From the NCBI GenBank assembly GCA_030018915.1, contig JASEHE010000002.1, forward strand, positions 3,420 to 67,419: a stretch of DNA of 64,000 bases, in the 5' to 3' direction. The notes below the pieces were generated by a model. It saw nothing but the letters and a program-made list of their open reading frames with translations. It ran no database searches and was not told where the DNA came from. How positions within the stretch are numbered: position 1 is the first letter of the stretch; every line of letters starts with the position of its first letter. Shown piece after piece: positions 1 through 10,219 of the stretch. The translations under genes and the position numbers were made by a program. The DNA comes from Verrucomicrobiota bacterium. Its GTDB lineage: Bacteria; Verrucomicrobiota; Kiritimatiellia; UBA8416; SLMC01.

Positions 1-388
1 GGTTGCCAAAGCAGCGCATGGCGGCTGCGGCGCGAGTAATTCCTTCTTTTTTAGCCGTCGCGATTACTTCGGGGTCTTGTATGGCGCACACGACGTTGTC
101 GCTTGCGTGCGTGCAACCGGCGGCGAGCATGCGCGCGTCGCAGATGATCGGTCGCTTTGCCCGCATCGCCTTGACGCCGCGCGTCACGGCGCCGGGCGCA
201 AATCGGATCGTGTCCATGAAAGACGCGTCAGCCGTGGCATGAACCACCCTTCTGACAACGGCATGTTCATCCGGAGCGAAACGAACACCAGCCTCCTTCA
301 TCAGTCGCTCGACGATGGCGCGACTTTCTTGTTCAATGCTTGCGCCGTCCATGCGGCGCGCGCCGGCGTCTGTTCTGTTCTCTGTCAT
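1..388 (-). CDS. cbiC: precorrin-8X methylmutase (CbiC/CobH), 3' end beyond window edge
   Basis: Minus-strand ORF starting at ATG (complement 386-388) and running off position 1; translation MTENRTDAGARRMDGASIEQESRAIVERL...HATADASFMDTIRF matches CbiC/CobH N-terminal half. Not in ORF track because no stop within window. Confidence 0.6.
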   Translation of the reverse strand, partial: MTENRTDAGARRMDGASIEQESRAIVERLMKEAGVRFAPDEHAVVRRVVHATADASFMDTIRFAPGAVTRGVKAMRAKRPIICDARMLAAGCTHASDNVVCAIQDPEVIATAKKEGITRAAAAMRCFGN

Positions 389-543
389 GTTTTATTACTC
401 AGGTGTTTAGGCGGTAGATTTGCGCATTGACCGAATCAAGGCGCCCAGAACCTTCTCGGTCTCCAGACAGCCACTTCGTCGGCCGGCGCAAACGCTCCGA
501 GCTTTGTATGGTCACGCATGATTTCCTCCTGCAGCATATCCGC

Positions 544-1938
544 CTACGGCCTATCCGCCTGAATTCCTCTCAAGAACGCAACGAATGCGCCCGCAGCCGC
601 GGGATTGGAGCCCAGGTGAACATGGACGTAGCTGGCCAGAACATGGCCGTTCCAGAATCCTTCCTGCCGCGTTGTTCCGTCGCGATCAGCAATGTCATAT
701 GCGCGGCGCCAGCCTTCCGGCGTCGCGCCATCCTCGATCTCAGAATAGTGGAATTCGTGACCACGCAGACTTTCGCCTGGCGCTCCAAAGAGGCATTTTG
801 CGCGAAGGTTCATCGCGGCATAGCCAAGGCGTTCGAGCCTCGGCAACATCCGAACCCGCGCCGGAAGCGCGCCTGCCATTGCCCATGTCTTCCCGGCGCG
901 ATCCGACAGGCTTTCCGCCAGATACATCAGCCCTCCGCATTCCGCGTAGACCGGATGGCCGTCGTTGACGAACTTGCGGATGGAACAAAGCATCTCTTCA
1001 TTCCCGCTCAATTCCGGCGCATGCTCTTCCGGGTAGCCGCCGCCCAACCAGAGAGCGTGAAGATCGAGCGGTAGTTCTCTGTCCCTTATGGGGGAGAATG
1101 GAACCCATGCCACGCCGGCCTGTTCCAGCAGTTCCATGTTGTCGCGATAGTAGAAATGGAACGCCTCGTCCATCGCCACGCCCACGCGCATAGGGGTCGT
1201 CGCGCGTTTCGGCCTTGTGGCGCGCGCGGAGGGATTCCACTTCCAGGAAAGAATCGAATCGAAGGCGATATTGCGGTCGCAGGCGTTTGCCAATTCCGAC
1301 AGAGTCGCGTCAGGCAATGTCCGATCGTCGGCGGTCATCAATCCGAGATGGCGGCCGGACAATTGCGGCAGTCCGTTGCGCTGGAAGGCGCCGACGAGCG
1401 GAGGCAGGCCCGCCTCGGTCAGCGCCTGTCGGATGCTTTCCACATGACGAGACGATCCGGCGTGGTTGGCAATGACTCCGGCTAACGGCGGGGCATCGTG
1501 AAATGTGGCAAAGCCGTGAACGACTGCGGCAAAGGAACGCGCCGTTCCGTGGGCATTGACGACCAGGAGAACGGGCGCTCCCAGCCAACGGGCTATCTGC
1601 GCCGTGCTGCCGACGGAATCAGCCGCATTGGCGCCGTCATAAAGCCCCATCACGCCTTCCACGACCGCCGCATCGGCATCCTGAACCTTTTCGGCTGCCA
1701 GTTGTTCCACGTAGTCCCGGCTTGTCATCCATCCATCGAGATTGTAACAGGGGCGGCCGGACGCCAGCGCCAGATACGTCGGGTCAAGATAGTCCGGGCC
1801 GACCTTGAAGGTCTGCGCTTTGAGCCCACGGCGTTTTAGAGAAGCGACAATCCCCAGCGCCAGCGAGGTTTTTCCGACCCCGCTTCCGGTTCCCGCGATA
1901 ACGATCATTGGAATCCGGCCAGTCATAAACCCATCCAC
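544..1938 (-). CDS. cbiA: cobyrinate a,c-diamide synthase
   Basis: 464 aa; N-terminal P-loop [13 protein letters not shown] and C-terminal glutamine amidotransferase region typical of CbiA/CobB. Confidence 0.85.
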   Translation of the reverse strand: MDGFMTGRIPMIVIAGTGSGVGKTSLALGIVASLKRRGLKAQTFKVGPDYLDPTYLALASGRPCYNLDGWMTSRDYVEQLAAEKVQDADAAVVEGVMGLYDGANAADSVGSTAQIARWLGAPVLLVVNAHGTARSFAAVVHGFATFHDAPPLAGVIANHAGSSRHVESIRQALTEAGLPPLVGAFQRNGLPQLSGRHLGLMTADDRTLPDATLSELANACDRNIAFDSILSWKWNPSARATRPKRATTPMRVGVAMDEAFHFYYRDNMELLEQAGVAWVPFSPIRDRELPLDLHALWLGGGYPEEHAPELSGNEEMLCSIRKFVNDGHPVYAECGGLMYLAESLSDRAGKTWAMAGALPARVRMLPRLERLGYAAMNLRAKCLFGAPGESLRGHEFHYSEIEDGATPEGWRRAYDIADRDGTTRQEGFWNGHVLASYVHVHLGSNPAAAGAFVAFLRGIQADRP

Positions 1939-3395
1939 CGATAAATCCGCTTCATGTCGACGGCCGATCGAACCGCGTCGGCAAGGCGATCCAAGGCCGG
2001 CTCGATGTCGTATCGCGCCTGGATGGCGCGCAACGGCCTGAACCCGCGATCCCGTCGCAGTTCGTCAACGAACACTCTGCGGAACGCGTCGGAATCGAAT
2101 ACGCCGTGTAGATAGGTGCCCCAGCGCCGCTCGTTCTTCCCTCCAACGGCCGCCGGTTCGCGCTTTGAGGTCTTCATAAGGGAGACGGCGCCGCTCCCGA
2201 CGGTTGTGCGGCCGTGATGAATCTCGTAGCCGCGCACTTCGGCGCGCGAGGCGCAGTGCGTGGCCATGGTCAGGCTCAGATGTTTCTCCCGTTCAAGCGT
2301 TGTGCGCACCGGCAACAGCCCGAGTCCGTCAAAGGAACCGCCGGCGTCGCTTTCCATGCGATGCGGGTCCGCAATGCTTTCCCCCATCATCTGGAATCCG
2401 CCGCAGATGCCGACAACTCGGGTCCGTCCCCGCGCCCAAAGGCGCAGCAGCGCATCGGCCAGGCCCGTGGCGCGAATGAACTGAAGATCGCCCGGGACAT
2501 TCTTGCTTCCCGGGATGATAACGGCGTCCGGCCTGCCCAATGACGAGGCATTGCGGACAATGCGCAGGGTGACGTCCGGCTCAACCCGCAGCGCGTCGAA
2601 GTCGGTGAAATTCGAGATGTGCGGGAGGTCCAGCACGACGATCTCCACCGAATCGCGACGGCGCGATCTGGTGTCGTTATCGCCAGCTTTGAACGAGACG
2701 GAATCTTCCTCCGGCAGATTCAGGTCTTTGAGGAACGGAACGACTCCAACCACTGGCCGCCGCGTCCGGCGCAGCATGAACTTGTGGGCATCATCCAGAA
2801 GCCGCGCGTCGCCGCGGAACCGGTTGACGACGTACCCTTTCAGCAACCGCCGCTCCCAGGGATCGAGGCAATCGAAAGTCCCGACAAAATGCGCATAGAC
2901 GCCGCCGCGGTCGATGTCGCCCGCCAGCAGCACGGCGGCATGCGCATGCCGCGCCATGGCCATGTTGACCAGATCGCGCGTCTTGAGATTCACCTCGGCC
3001 GGACTTCCCGCGCCTTCCAGCACCATGGCATCCTGATTTCCGGCCAAGCGATCATAGGCGTCGCGGATTATTTCGCGAAGCGATGCTTTGAAGCGGGTGT
3101 AGGCGCGCGCATTCATGTTCGCAACGGGGTTGCCCATCACAATGACCTGGCTTCCCGTGTCGGTGTTCGGCTTGAGCAGGACCGGATTCATTAGCGCGTC
3201 CGGATCGAGGCGGCAAGCTTCGGCCTGCACCACCTGCGCGCGCCCTATTTCCCCGCCATCGCGAGTGACGAACGAATTGAGCGACATGTTCTGGGCCTTG
3301 AAAGGCGCAACGCGGAGACCATCCTGGAGCATGATGCGGCAAAACGCCGAGGCCAGCACGCTCTTGCCCGCATTGGATGTCGTGCCCTGCAGCAT
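1923..3395 (-). CDS. cobQ: cobyric acid synthase
   Basis: ORF track gives 1923..3902, but the CobQ homology ([21 protein letters not shown]...) begins at the internal Met at 3395. The upstream 169 codons are Arg/Pro-rich repeat-derived junk and are likely untranslated. Confidence 0.85.
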   Translation of the reverse strand: MLQGTTSNAGKSVLASAFCRIMLQDGLRVAPFKAQNMSLNSFVTRDGGEIGRAQVVQAEACRLDPDALMNPVLLKPNTDTGSQVIVMGNPVANMNARAYTRFKASLREIIRDAYDRLAGNQDAMVLEGAGSPAEVNLKTRDLVNMAMARHAHAAVLLAGDIDRGGVYAHFVGTFDCLDPWERRLLKGYVVNRFRGDARLLDDAHKFMLRRTRRPVVGVVPFLKDLNLPEEDSVSFKAGDNDTRSRRRDSVEIVVLDLPHISNFTDFDALRVEPDVTLRIVRNASSLGRPDAVIIPGSKNVPGDLQFIRATGLADALLRLWARGRTRVVGICGGFQMMGESIADPHRMESDAGGSFDGLGLLPVRTTLEREKHLSLTMATHCASRAEVRGYEIHHGRTTVGSGAVSLMKTSKREPAAVGGKNERRWGTYLHGVFDSDAFRRVFVDELRRDRGFRPLRAIQARYDIEPALDRLADAVRSAVDMKRIYRWMGL

Positions 3396-3469
3396 GAGCG
3401 CTGGTGTGCGGGACCGGCGGCGCGGAGAAGTGTGGGAGGGGGTGTGAGAGTGGGAGGGCATGGAGTGGT

Positions 3470-3491
3470 GGTTATCGGTTGTTGGTTGTGG
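3470..3491. repeat. heptanucleotide tandem repeat tract (GGTTATC GGTTGTT GGTTGTG)
   Basis: Period-7 tract; forms an inverted pair with 3715-3737. Confidence 0.5.
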
Positions 3492-3714
3492 AGGGAGTGA
3501 TGTGCTCAATTGAATTCGCGCATAGTCTGAGAGTAATGTCCATGGCCGTTTGCCAATCTGACGCGCCGTTTGCCAGGTATTCGACGCCGCTTTTCCTGAC
3601 GGTGTTGCCGGTGTCTCCCGATGTGCTTCGATATGAAGCGCCTTCAACTTCTGATAAACCCTCAAGTCCCGAAACGACCGGTCTCGTCCATGTCCTGCCT
3701 CCTTCCACACACAG

Positions 3715-3737
3715 CCGACAACCGACAACCGATAACC
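3715..3737. repeat. heptanucleotide tandem repeat tract (CCGACAA CCGACAA CCGATAA)
   Basis: Reverse-complement orientation of the GGTTNNN family; lies between hemL and cobQ. Confidence 0.5.
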
Positions 3738-3750
3738 GCCCCCCTTCTCT

Positions 3751-5085
3751 TCAACCCTCGATCGTGGTAAAAGACTCCCGCGCGGCCGCGACAAACCCGT
3801 CAATCTCGCGCTCCGTGTGCGCGGCGGATACAAAACCGACTTCGAACTGCGAAGGCGGCAGGTAGTGCCCGCAAACGAGCATTTTCCTGAAGAATGCGGC
3901 AAAAGCTTTTGTGGCGGCCAGTTTCGCCTCTTCCAGGTTTCGCGGCGCCGGTTCCTTGCGGAAATAGACAGTGAAGAGAGACGCCATTCGCGCGCATACG
4001 ACGTTTATTCCGGTTGCGCGGGCCGCTGCGTTCACGCCGCCGGCCAGCCGCTCGGTCAACGCATCAAGGCGAGCGTACGGATTCTCGCGCTCCAAAACCT
4101 TCAGCGTAGCCAGTCCGGCGGCAACGGCCGCGGGATTCCCGCTCAACGTTCCTGCCTGATATACGGGACCGATAGGAGCCAGTTTTCCCATGATCGCCTT
4201 GCGGCCGCCAACGGCGCCGATCGGCATTCCGCCGCCGACGATTTTCCCCAGCGTCGTCAAATCGGGCGAGATGCCGATTGTCTGGCCGTAGGTGGTGGGT
4301 CCGAAGCGAAAGCCCGTAATGACCTCGTCGAAAATCAGCAGCGCGCCGCATCGGTCGGCCGCCGCCCGCAAGCCGGCAAGGAATCCGGGCGCAGGCGCCA
4401 CCAGCCCCATGTTGGCGGCCACGGGCTCCACAATGATGGCCGCCAGGTCGTTCCCGCGCTTTTGCGCAATCTGGCCCACGGCATCCAGATCGTTGTACTG
4501 CGCGACAAACACATCCGCAGCCGTCTCGGAAGGGACGCCGGCGGAAGACCCGATCCCGCCGGTCAGCAGGCCGCTGCCGGCAGAAACGAGCATACTGTCG
4601 CTGTGTCCATGGTAACACCCATCAAATTTCAACAGTCGGCGCCGGCCCGTGTAGCCGCGCGCCAGCCGGATCGCCGTCATGACAGCCTCTGTTCCCGAGC
4701 TTACCAGCCGCACCTGTTCAATGGACGGAACAAGCCGGCACAGCATTTCCGCCAATTCCACCTCGGCCGGCGTATTGACGCCGAAACTCGTTCCGGCCGA
4801 CGCGGCGGCGCGGATCGCGTCAACGACAGCCGGATGCGCGTGCCCGAGAATCAGCGGGCCCCACGATCCGCAGAAGTCCACCAGTACCCGCCCCTCGACG
4901 GTCGTCATTCTTGCGCCGTTGCCGGATGCAATGCACAGCGGCTCGCCACCCACCGACCGGAATGCGCGAACCGGACTGTTCACCCCGCCGGGAATCACGG
5001 CTTGCGCGCGGGAGAAGAGACTAACGGTTGTCGGTTGTGCTTGGAGGCTTCCGACATCCGATATCGGGTTGGTGGTTGGTCTCAT
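3751..5085 (-). CDS. hemL: glutamate-1-semialdehyde 2,1-aminomutase
   Basis: 444 aa; [14 protein letters not shown] motif and PLP-aminotransferase class III body. First ~20 codons overlap the heptamer repeat tract. Confidence 0.9.
   Translation of the reverse strand: MRPTTNPISDVGSLQAQPTTVSLFSRAQAVIPGGVNSPVRAFRSVGGEPLCIASGNGARMTTVEGRVLVDFCGSWGPLILGHAHPAVVDAIRAAASAGTSFGVNTPAEVELAEMLCRLVPSIEQVRLVSSGTEAVMTAIRLARGYTGRRRLLKFDGCYHGHSDSMLVSAGSGLLTGGIGSSAGVPSETAADVFVAQYNDLDAVGQIAQKRGNDLAAIIVEPVAANMGLVAPAPGFLAGLRAAADRCGALLIFDEVITGFRFGPTTYGQTIGISPDLTTLGKIVGGGMPIGAVGGRKAIMGKLAPIGPVYQAGTLSGNPAAVAAGLATLKVLERENPYARLDALTERLAGGVNAAARATGINVVCARMASLFTVYFRKEPAPRNLEEAKLAATKAFAAFFRKMLVCGHYLPPSQFEVGFVSAAHTEREIDGFVAAARESFTTIEG
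5026..5082. repeat. heptanucleotide tandem repeat tract (GGTTGTC GGTTGTG ... GGTTGGT GGTTGGT)
   Basis: Eight consecutive period-7 units; overlaps the first ~20 codons of hemL. Confidence 0.5.
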
Positions 5086-5190
5086 TCGAGCCCCTCCGCC
5101 ACTTTCAGGGCAATCTCAATTTGGATCATCGCCACTCACATATTCGACCGAGTCTTCCGCAACGCAGGCTTCGCACGCAACTGCGGCTAA

Positions 5191-5206
5191 CCGACAACCG
5201 ACAACC
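5191..5206. repeat. heptanucleotide repeat (CCGACAA CCGACAA)
   Basis: Inverted partner of 5026-5039; lies in the hemB-hemL spacer. Confidence 0.45.
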
Positions 5207-6198
5207 TATCCCCCACCGCCTATCACCTCTTCATACCGTCCCGCCCAGTATGAAATGAGAATATCCGCTCCGGCGCGAACCATCGCGGCAACGCTTTCGC
5301 GCGCCATGGCGCGCAAATCGCCCCAGCCGCGGTCGGCCGCGGCGATCAGCATGGAATACTCGCCGCTCACGTTGTAGGCGGCGATCGGCAAATCCGTTCG
5401 GTCACGCAGCCTGGCTATAACGTCGAGATACAATGCCGCGGGTTTGACCATCAGGATATCGGCGCCTTCTTTCTCATCCAGCATTGATTCGAGAAGCGCC
5501 TGCCGCGCGTTGCCGAACGAGGCCTGGTATCCGCGTCGGTCGCCGGATTTCGGCGCGGACGCCTCCGCTTCGCGGAATGGGCCGTAGAAGCTGGAGGCAA
5601 ACTTCGTGGAATAGCTCATGAGAATGGTGTCGGTGAATCCGGCGCCATCCAGAGCCGCGCGAATAGTCGTTACCTGTCCGTCCATCATGGCGCTGGGCGC
5701 GACAGCATCGGCGCCGGCCTGCGCATGAGACACCGCGATCTTCGCCAGCATCGCGTTGGCGGCATCGTTGTCAACCTGCCCGGTGGCGTTCAGCGGGCCG
5801 CAATGACCGTGGTCCGTATAGGCGCACAGGCAGACATCCGTGAATACTGGAAGGCTGGGATAGTTCCTCCTGACTGCCCGCACTGCTTCTTGAACGACGC
5901 CATGAGGATCGGCGGCGGAAGTTCCGCTGTTGTCTTTCGCGCGATCGCCTGGGACGCCGAAGATCAGGATGCCGCCAATTCCCGTTTTCACCGGTTGTTC
6001 GAGCGCTTCGAGCAGCCGGTCGTGACTGTATCGAAACTGGCCCGGCATGGCGCCGATCGCATCCTTCCGGCCGTTACCCGGCGCCACGAAAACCGGCCAC
6101 AGGAAACGTTCGGGGCCAGGCATGGTTTGATCCAGCAGTCGCCGAATCTCCGGTGTCCGGCGCAAGCGCCGCATTCGCGAGTGAGGATATTGCTTCAT
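5206..6198 (-). CDS. hemB: porphobilinogen synthase (ALA dehydratase)
   Basis: RMRRLRRTPEIRRL N-terminus; VCLCAYTDHGHCG active-site region. Start set at internal Met (ATGA overlap with upstream gene stop at 6195). Confidence 0.9.
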   Translation of the reverse strand: MKQYPHSRMRRLRRTPEIRRLLDQTMPGPERFLWPVFVAPGNGRKDAIGAMPGQFRYSHDRLLEALEQPVKTGIGGILIFGVPGDRAKDNSGTSAADPHGVVQEAVRAVRRNYPSLPVFTDVCLCAYTDHGHCGPLNATGQVDNDAANAMLAKIAVSHAQAGADAVAPSAMMDGQVTTIRAALDGAGFTDTILMSYSTKFASSFYGPFREAEASAPKSGDRRGYQASFGNARQALLESMLDEKEGADILMVKPAALYLDVIARLRDRTDLPIAAYNVSGEYSMLIAAADRGWGDLRAMARESVAAMVRAGADILISYWAGRYEEVIGGGG

Positions 6199-8333
6199 GG
6201 GTGGGAGCGCTCCTTGAGCAGCGACTGCCTTACACATTCCGCCGCCAGCGCTTCGATCGCGGCGCCGACGGTTGCTTCGCGACCTACGAGCACTGGAGCT
6301 ATGCCGCGGCGTTCCAGTTCATCGGCCGTCGGACGGCCGATTGCGGCAATCAAACGGCCGTTGAGAAGTCGTTGTTCATAGCGGGTCAGAAACGACAACA
6401 CGGCGGAACGGCTGGCGAATAACACGGCGTCAAACGGCGGAATGCTGTCGCGCGAGATCGGTTCGTTTCGCGCGATCACGGAATCCGTGACAATCGCCCC
6501 AGTGGCTTGAAGGTCACGCGCCAGCGAATTCCCCGCCGCATCGGAGCGCAGGCGCAACACTTGCTGTCCTGGTCGGACGATCCCGCGCGCGAGAGCAAGC
6601 AGGGATTCGGAGCCAAAACCGCCGGCCGGCCGGCTTGCCGCCCGCAGGCCGTGATTCTTGAGCGCGCGCGCGGCGCCGGATCCGCACACCAGGATCGGCG
6701 GCAATGTCCGCAGGTCCATATCGGTTTCTTTCATCATGGCTATCGTCGCATTCACGGCGGAAGGAGAGGTCAATACCAGCCAGTCAAAGCGCGAGCCGCG
6801 AAGTGGAGCTAGTCCCGCCGGCACTGGCGCTAGGCGGATCGTGGGAAACGACACGGGAATGCCGCCAAGATCGTGGGTGACGGCCACGGCTTCCGGCTGA
6901 AGCGCCTCGCTGCACGTCAACAATATCCGGCGACCGCCCAGCGCTCCGTTTGTCCTTACATAGCCGTGCCGGGCGGCTTCCCCAACGATCAGAAGACCGG
7001 ATTTGTCGGCCATTGCGTCCGGCGGCAGTTGATCCGCAATGGTCTTGACGACGCCGCGAACGACGGATTCGGAGACGGCGCCCGCGTCAAAAACAAATGC
7101 GGCGGGCGTATCGGGAGACATTCCTTCACTCCGCAGTTCGGTCAAAACGTCCCTAGCGCAATTTGTGGCCATGAAATAGACCTGGGGAGAGCCGGCCCAT
7201 GCCGCCGATCCCACGGAAGCCACGCGGCCGCCTTCAACGCGCGGGGTCATGACACGAAAACCGCGCGATTCGCCACGCCTTGTCAAAAGCATGCCGGTTC
7301 CCGTTGTTGCCGCCAGCAGACTGCTAACCCCCGGAAGAACGCGATAGGGCAAGCCCAATGATTCGAGGGATTCCACTTCCTCCGCCAGGCGGCCAAAAAC
7401 GCCGGGGTCTCCTCCCTTGAGCCGCACAACACGCTCTCCTCGCCGAACACGCCCGGCTATGAGATCGTTGATCGTCTCCTGACCCTGACCGCCGGAACCG
7501 CAACGCTTGCCCACGTCAATCAAGCTGGCCCGCAGGTTCGCATATCGAAGGAGCGCGTCATCCATAATGGCATCATGAAGACACACGTCAGCAATTTTGA
7601 GCGCTTCCGTCGTCTCCATCGTGCAGGCGCCGGCTCGTCCTGTTCCCGCTCCGGCAAAAACCGCGGGCTTCACAAAAAGACTCCTCAATCGCAGCAAGCG
7701 CGTGTCGCCTGCTCGAAACGTCATGGCCAACGCGCCTTGACCGTCGGGAACCCGCAATTCATCCGCGGGAATCCACCGCGAGATCCGATGTTGAAGGCCA
7801 AGCCGGATCAGAGCCGCGGAGGCCATGATGACAATGTCATATCGCCCTTCGTCAAGTTGGGCCAATCGCGTTTCGATGTCGCCTCGTATGAGCAGCAATT
7901 GCGCCGCGGGAAAATGGGACTTGCGCCATGTCTCGCGACGCGCGCTGCTGATGCCCACGCGAGGCGCCGCCGGAAGGGATGCCATGTCCCGGCCGGCCGG
8001 GAGGACCAGCGCATCCCGCGGGTCTTCGCGCCACGGCAGCCAGCACCAGTCGAGCCCCGCAGGGAGCGGGTCGGAAAGGTCCTTCGCGCTGTGAATGGCC
8101 AGATCAATGCCGCCGCCCGCAACCGCCTCATCAAGGTCGCGGGTGAAGAAATCAGGCGGACTGTCCCGTAAATCGGCGGCACGATCCCGGTCGCCGGGCG
8201 AAGAAAACAATATGGTCTCAAAGCCAATGCCCGGCAGACATTCGCCGAAGCGGCGGATCGCATCCGCGGTCTGAATCAACGCGAGTCTACTTTTCCGTGT
8301 TCCGACCCTGAAAGCTGGTGATGAGTTTTTCAT
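6195..8333 (-). CDS. tri-domain fusion: hydroxymethylbilane synthase N-terminal domains + uroporphyrinogen-III C-methyltransferase + uroporphyrinogen-III synthase
   Basis: 712 aa. Residues ~1-225 align with HemC domains 1-2 (VGTRKSRLALIQT, HSAKDL, GQGALA). Residues ~226-470 are a SUMT/CobA methyltransferase (VFAGAGTG, VRLKGGDPGVFGR). Residues ~480-712 are HemD-like. Confidence 0.8.
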   Translation of the reverse strand: MKNSSPAFRVGTRKSRLALIQTADAIRRFGECLPGIGFETILFSSPGDRDRAADLRDSPPDFFTRDLDEAVAGGGIDLAIHSAKDLSDPLPAGLDWCWLPWREDPRDALVLPAGRDMASLPAAPRVGISSARRETWRKSHFPAAQLLLIRGDIETRLAQLDEGRYDIVIMASAALIRLGLQHRISRWIPADELRVPDGQGALAMTFRAGDTRLLRLRSLFVKPAVFAGAGTGRAGACTMETTEALKIADVCLHDAIMDDALLRYANLRASLIDVGKRCGSGGQGQETINDLIAGRVRRGERVVRLKGGDPGVFGRLAEEVESLESLGLPYRVLPGVSSLLAATTGTGMLLTRRGESRGFRVMTPRVEGGRVASVGSAAWAGSPQVYFMATNCARDVLTELRSEGMSPDTPAAFVFDAGAVSESVVRGVVKTIADQLPPDAMADKSGLLIVGEAARHGYVRTNGALGGRRILLTCSEALQPEAVAVTHDLGGIPVSFPTIRLAPVPAGLAPLRGSRFDWLVLTSPSAVNATIAMMKETDMDLRTLPPILVCGSGAARALKNHGLRAASRPAGGFGSESLLALARGIVRPGQQVLRLRSDAAGNSLARDLQATGAIVTDSVIARNEPISRDSIPPFDAVLFASRSAVLSFLTRYEQRLLNGRLIAAIGRPTADELERRGIAPVLVGREATVGAAIEALAAECVRQSLLKERSHP

Positions 8334-9789
8334 AGTATTCGCTGTGCGCGAGAACGAGATCGCCGCAAAGCCGGCGCAGGCGCGGCAGGGCGATCTGCTC
8401 GCGGCGATGCCACAGCTTCAAGCCGTCTAGGTCAACGAGCGTGATTGATGGGAGCCCGTGTCCGAGAGAGGAGTCGATGTTTCGGGGCATGGCAAGGTCC
8501 AGAAGCAGCACCGGTCGTCCATGGGAGAAAGCGAACGCATGATGCGAGGCGATCACGCGCCGATCCGCGGTCATGGCCGACACCACCACGTCGGCCTTGG
8601 CCAAGCGCTCGCTCAAGGCGTCCAGATCGAACAGGCGCGCCCGTTTGCCGCAATCGAGAGGAAGACTGGGACAATTCCGATGATAGCACCAGTCTATCTC
8701 CGATTTTGGAAACCGCGCCAAAACCTTTTCGACGAATCCGGCGCCAGTCTTGCCTGTCCCAAGAACGAGCAGGCGCAGACCGTCACAGTCCTTGCGTCGA
8801 ACGGCCAGGTAGTCCACGGCAAGGTCCTCAATCTCGCGCCCATATAGGTAGGGCGTCGCAGCTTGTCTCGCCTCTTTGGAAACGTGAAAAACGGCGGACA
8901 TCCATTCATGCATCATGCCTGCCGCCCAACCCGCCGCGGCCGAGGCCTCCAGCGCCTGCTTCATCTGGGCGGCAATGTGGTTTTCTCCGGGCATCTGCGA
9001 GAGCAGTCCGGCGCAAAGCGCGCAGGTGTGTTCGAAAGCGTCCGGCCCTTGCTTCAGGTAGTATTGTCCGTCTGTCAGCCGATCGAAGCCCAAGACGCGC
9101 CTCAGGAGATGCGCGCGGTCTTCATCAACCGCGCCGACCGCGTGCAACTCAATCCTGTTGCACGTGTTGAGCAGCGTGTATTCGTGAAGGCCCCAGATTT
9201 GCGACAGCAGACGGCCTGTCGCCTGCAGGCGCGGGCCGATCAGGTGCAGCGGTTCGCGCTCGGCAACCGCGAGCTGTTCGTGACTTGTGCCGAGAACGAT
9301 GAGGCCGGCGCTGCTGATGGAATCAATGTGGCGGGAAAGAGACTCTTTCACCAGCCGCGAGCGGCGGCAGGCGCGCCCCGATGTGCTGACGGAGATTGTG
9401 AGGTCGCCGCGGCGCACAATAGCCGGCGTAAGGAAATCGCCGCGGCGCCAGCCCGCGTCAACCGCGCAGCAGAGGATTCGGCGATCGCGGCACAACCGGA
9501 GGATGTCCCGGTTTGTCGTCGCATCGTCAGTGGCCGCGTAAGCAAGGTATTGCCCGTCAAGATCGCTCGGCGCAAAGGATCGCTCGATCCATTTGATCCG
9601 GCCTTGTCTTGCCGACTCGGCGAGATTTGCGCTGATGGTGGGCGCAACCAGCGTGACTATTGCCCCGCTGTCGCGAAGCAGTTCCGCTTTGCGCGCGGCA
9701 ATTTTTCCGCCGCCCACGATAAGGCAAGGCTGACCTTCCAGCAGCAGGCCCACTGGAAACACTCTGCTCAATGGCGTCAATTTTTCCAC
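8287..9789 (-). CDS. hemA: fusion of precorrin-2 dehydrogenase (SirC/CysG N-terminal-like) and glutamyl-tRNA reductase (HemA)
   Basis: The N-terminal ~150 aa carry CLIVGGGKIAARKAELL, a Rossmann fold like the CysG N-domain. The rest is HemA (GTSHEQLAVAEREPL, TCNRIELH, LVLGTGKTGAG). ORF track start 9915 lies inside a terminator hairpin, so the start was moved to an in-frame GTG near 9789; the exact start is uncertain. Confidence 0.7.
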   Translation of the reverse strand: MEKLTPLSRVFPVGLLLEGQPCLIVGGGKIAARKAELLRDSGAIVTLVAPTISANLAESARQGRIKWIERSFAPSDLDGQYLAYAATDDATTNRDILRLCRDRRILCCAVDAGWRRGDFLTPAIVRRGDLTISVSTSGRACRRSRLVKESLSRHIDSISSAGLIVLGTSHEQLAVAEREPLHLIGPRLQATGRLLSQIWGLHEYTLLNTCNRIELHAVGAVDEDRAHLLRRVLGFDRLTDGQYYLKQGPDAFEHTCALCAGLLSQMPGENHIAAQMKQALEASAAAGWAAGMMHEWMSAVFHVSKEARQAATPYLYGREIEDLAVDYLAVRRKDCDGLRLLVLGTGKTGAGFVEKVLARFPKSEIDWCYHRNCPSLPLDCGKRARLFDLDALSERLAKADVVVSAMTADRRVIASHHAFAFSHGRPVLLLDLAMPRNIDSSLGHGLPSITLVDLDGLKLWHRREQIALPRLRRLCGDLVLAHSEYYEKLITSFQGRNTEK

Positions 9790-9882
9790 AGTTCGTGTTT
9801 TCGTGGGCCCGCCGGGGAACTTGCAAAGGAGACCGGAGCGGCAAATCGAGAGCGACGACGGCGGTTGAGCGGACCTGCCGGC

Positions 9883-9919
9883 AAAAAAAAGGCCTTGATG
9901 CCAATCTCGCATCAAGGCC
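9883..9919 (-). terminator. intrinsic terminator (hairpin GGCCUUGAUGCGAGAUUGGCAUCAAGGCC followed by U8); candidate expression platform of the upstream riboswitch
   Basis: Perfect 11-bp stem plus U8 when read on the minus strand. It overlaps the annotated start of the hemA ORF. Confidence 0.7.
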
Positions 9920-9999
9920 CGCGCTATTCCGGCAACTCAGGACTATGGTCTGCCACAACCAGCCAGATCGCGCTCGGCGCCGCGCCGAAACCGACCTGC

Positions 10000-10165
10000 G
10001 CATCGAGGTCCTTTGCGTCTGAAATCGTCTTCTGGCTCCCGGATATTCCCGTCGCCTCGTCTTCCCGCATCGCTTGAGCGGCACAGTGACCTAATGAGGC
10101 GAAAGTCCCCGGTTACAGCGGCGGGCCCGCCAGGGATTCACACCCTGTTCCGTAATTTCAGAACG
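10000..10165 (-). promoter_or_regulatory. candidate cobalamin (B12) riboswitch
   Basis: Minus-strand RNA contains GGUGUGAAUCCC, CCCGCCGCUGUAACC, GGUCACUGUGCC, GCGGGAAGACGAGG and AGCCAGAAGACG. All are in the right order and match the conserved blocks and B12 box of Rfam RF00174. Sits in the 300-nt gap between fabG and the tetrapyrrole operon. Confidence 0.55.
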
Positions 10166-10219
10166 CGGCGACAATTATCACCAACGCGCGCGACATGCAA
10201 GAGTTTATTTCCGGGTTTC

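Noticed and set aside
3396-3750. Possible second cobalamin riboswitch upstream of cobQ
   Set aside because: I could not find the B12 box or the GGUG/CCCGC blocks on either strand; the region is dominated by the heptamer repeats.
3396-3902. N-terminal 169-aa extension of the cobQ ORF, and similar extensions on fabD, fabH, rpmF, hemB, the 3D lipoprotein and the 58612 membrane protein
   Set aside because: Homology begins at internal Met residues; the extensions are low-complexity and overlap upstream genes or repeat tracts.
3817-5190. 457-aa plus-strand ORF
   Set aside because: Antisense to hemL, Arg/Gly-rich and low-complexity; an artefact of high GC content.
9916-10219. Expected acpP between fabG and the next gene
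   Set aside because: No ORF with an ACP-like DLGADSLD motif in any frame; the space is taken by the riboswitch-like leader.
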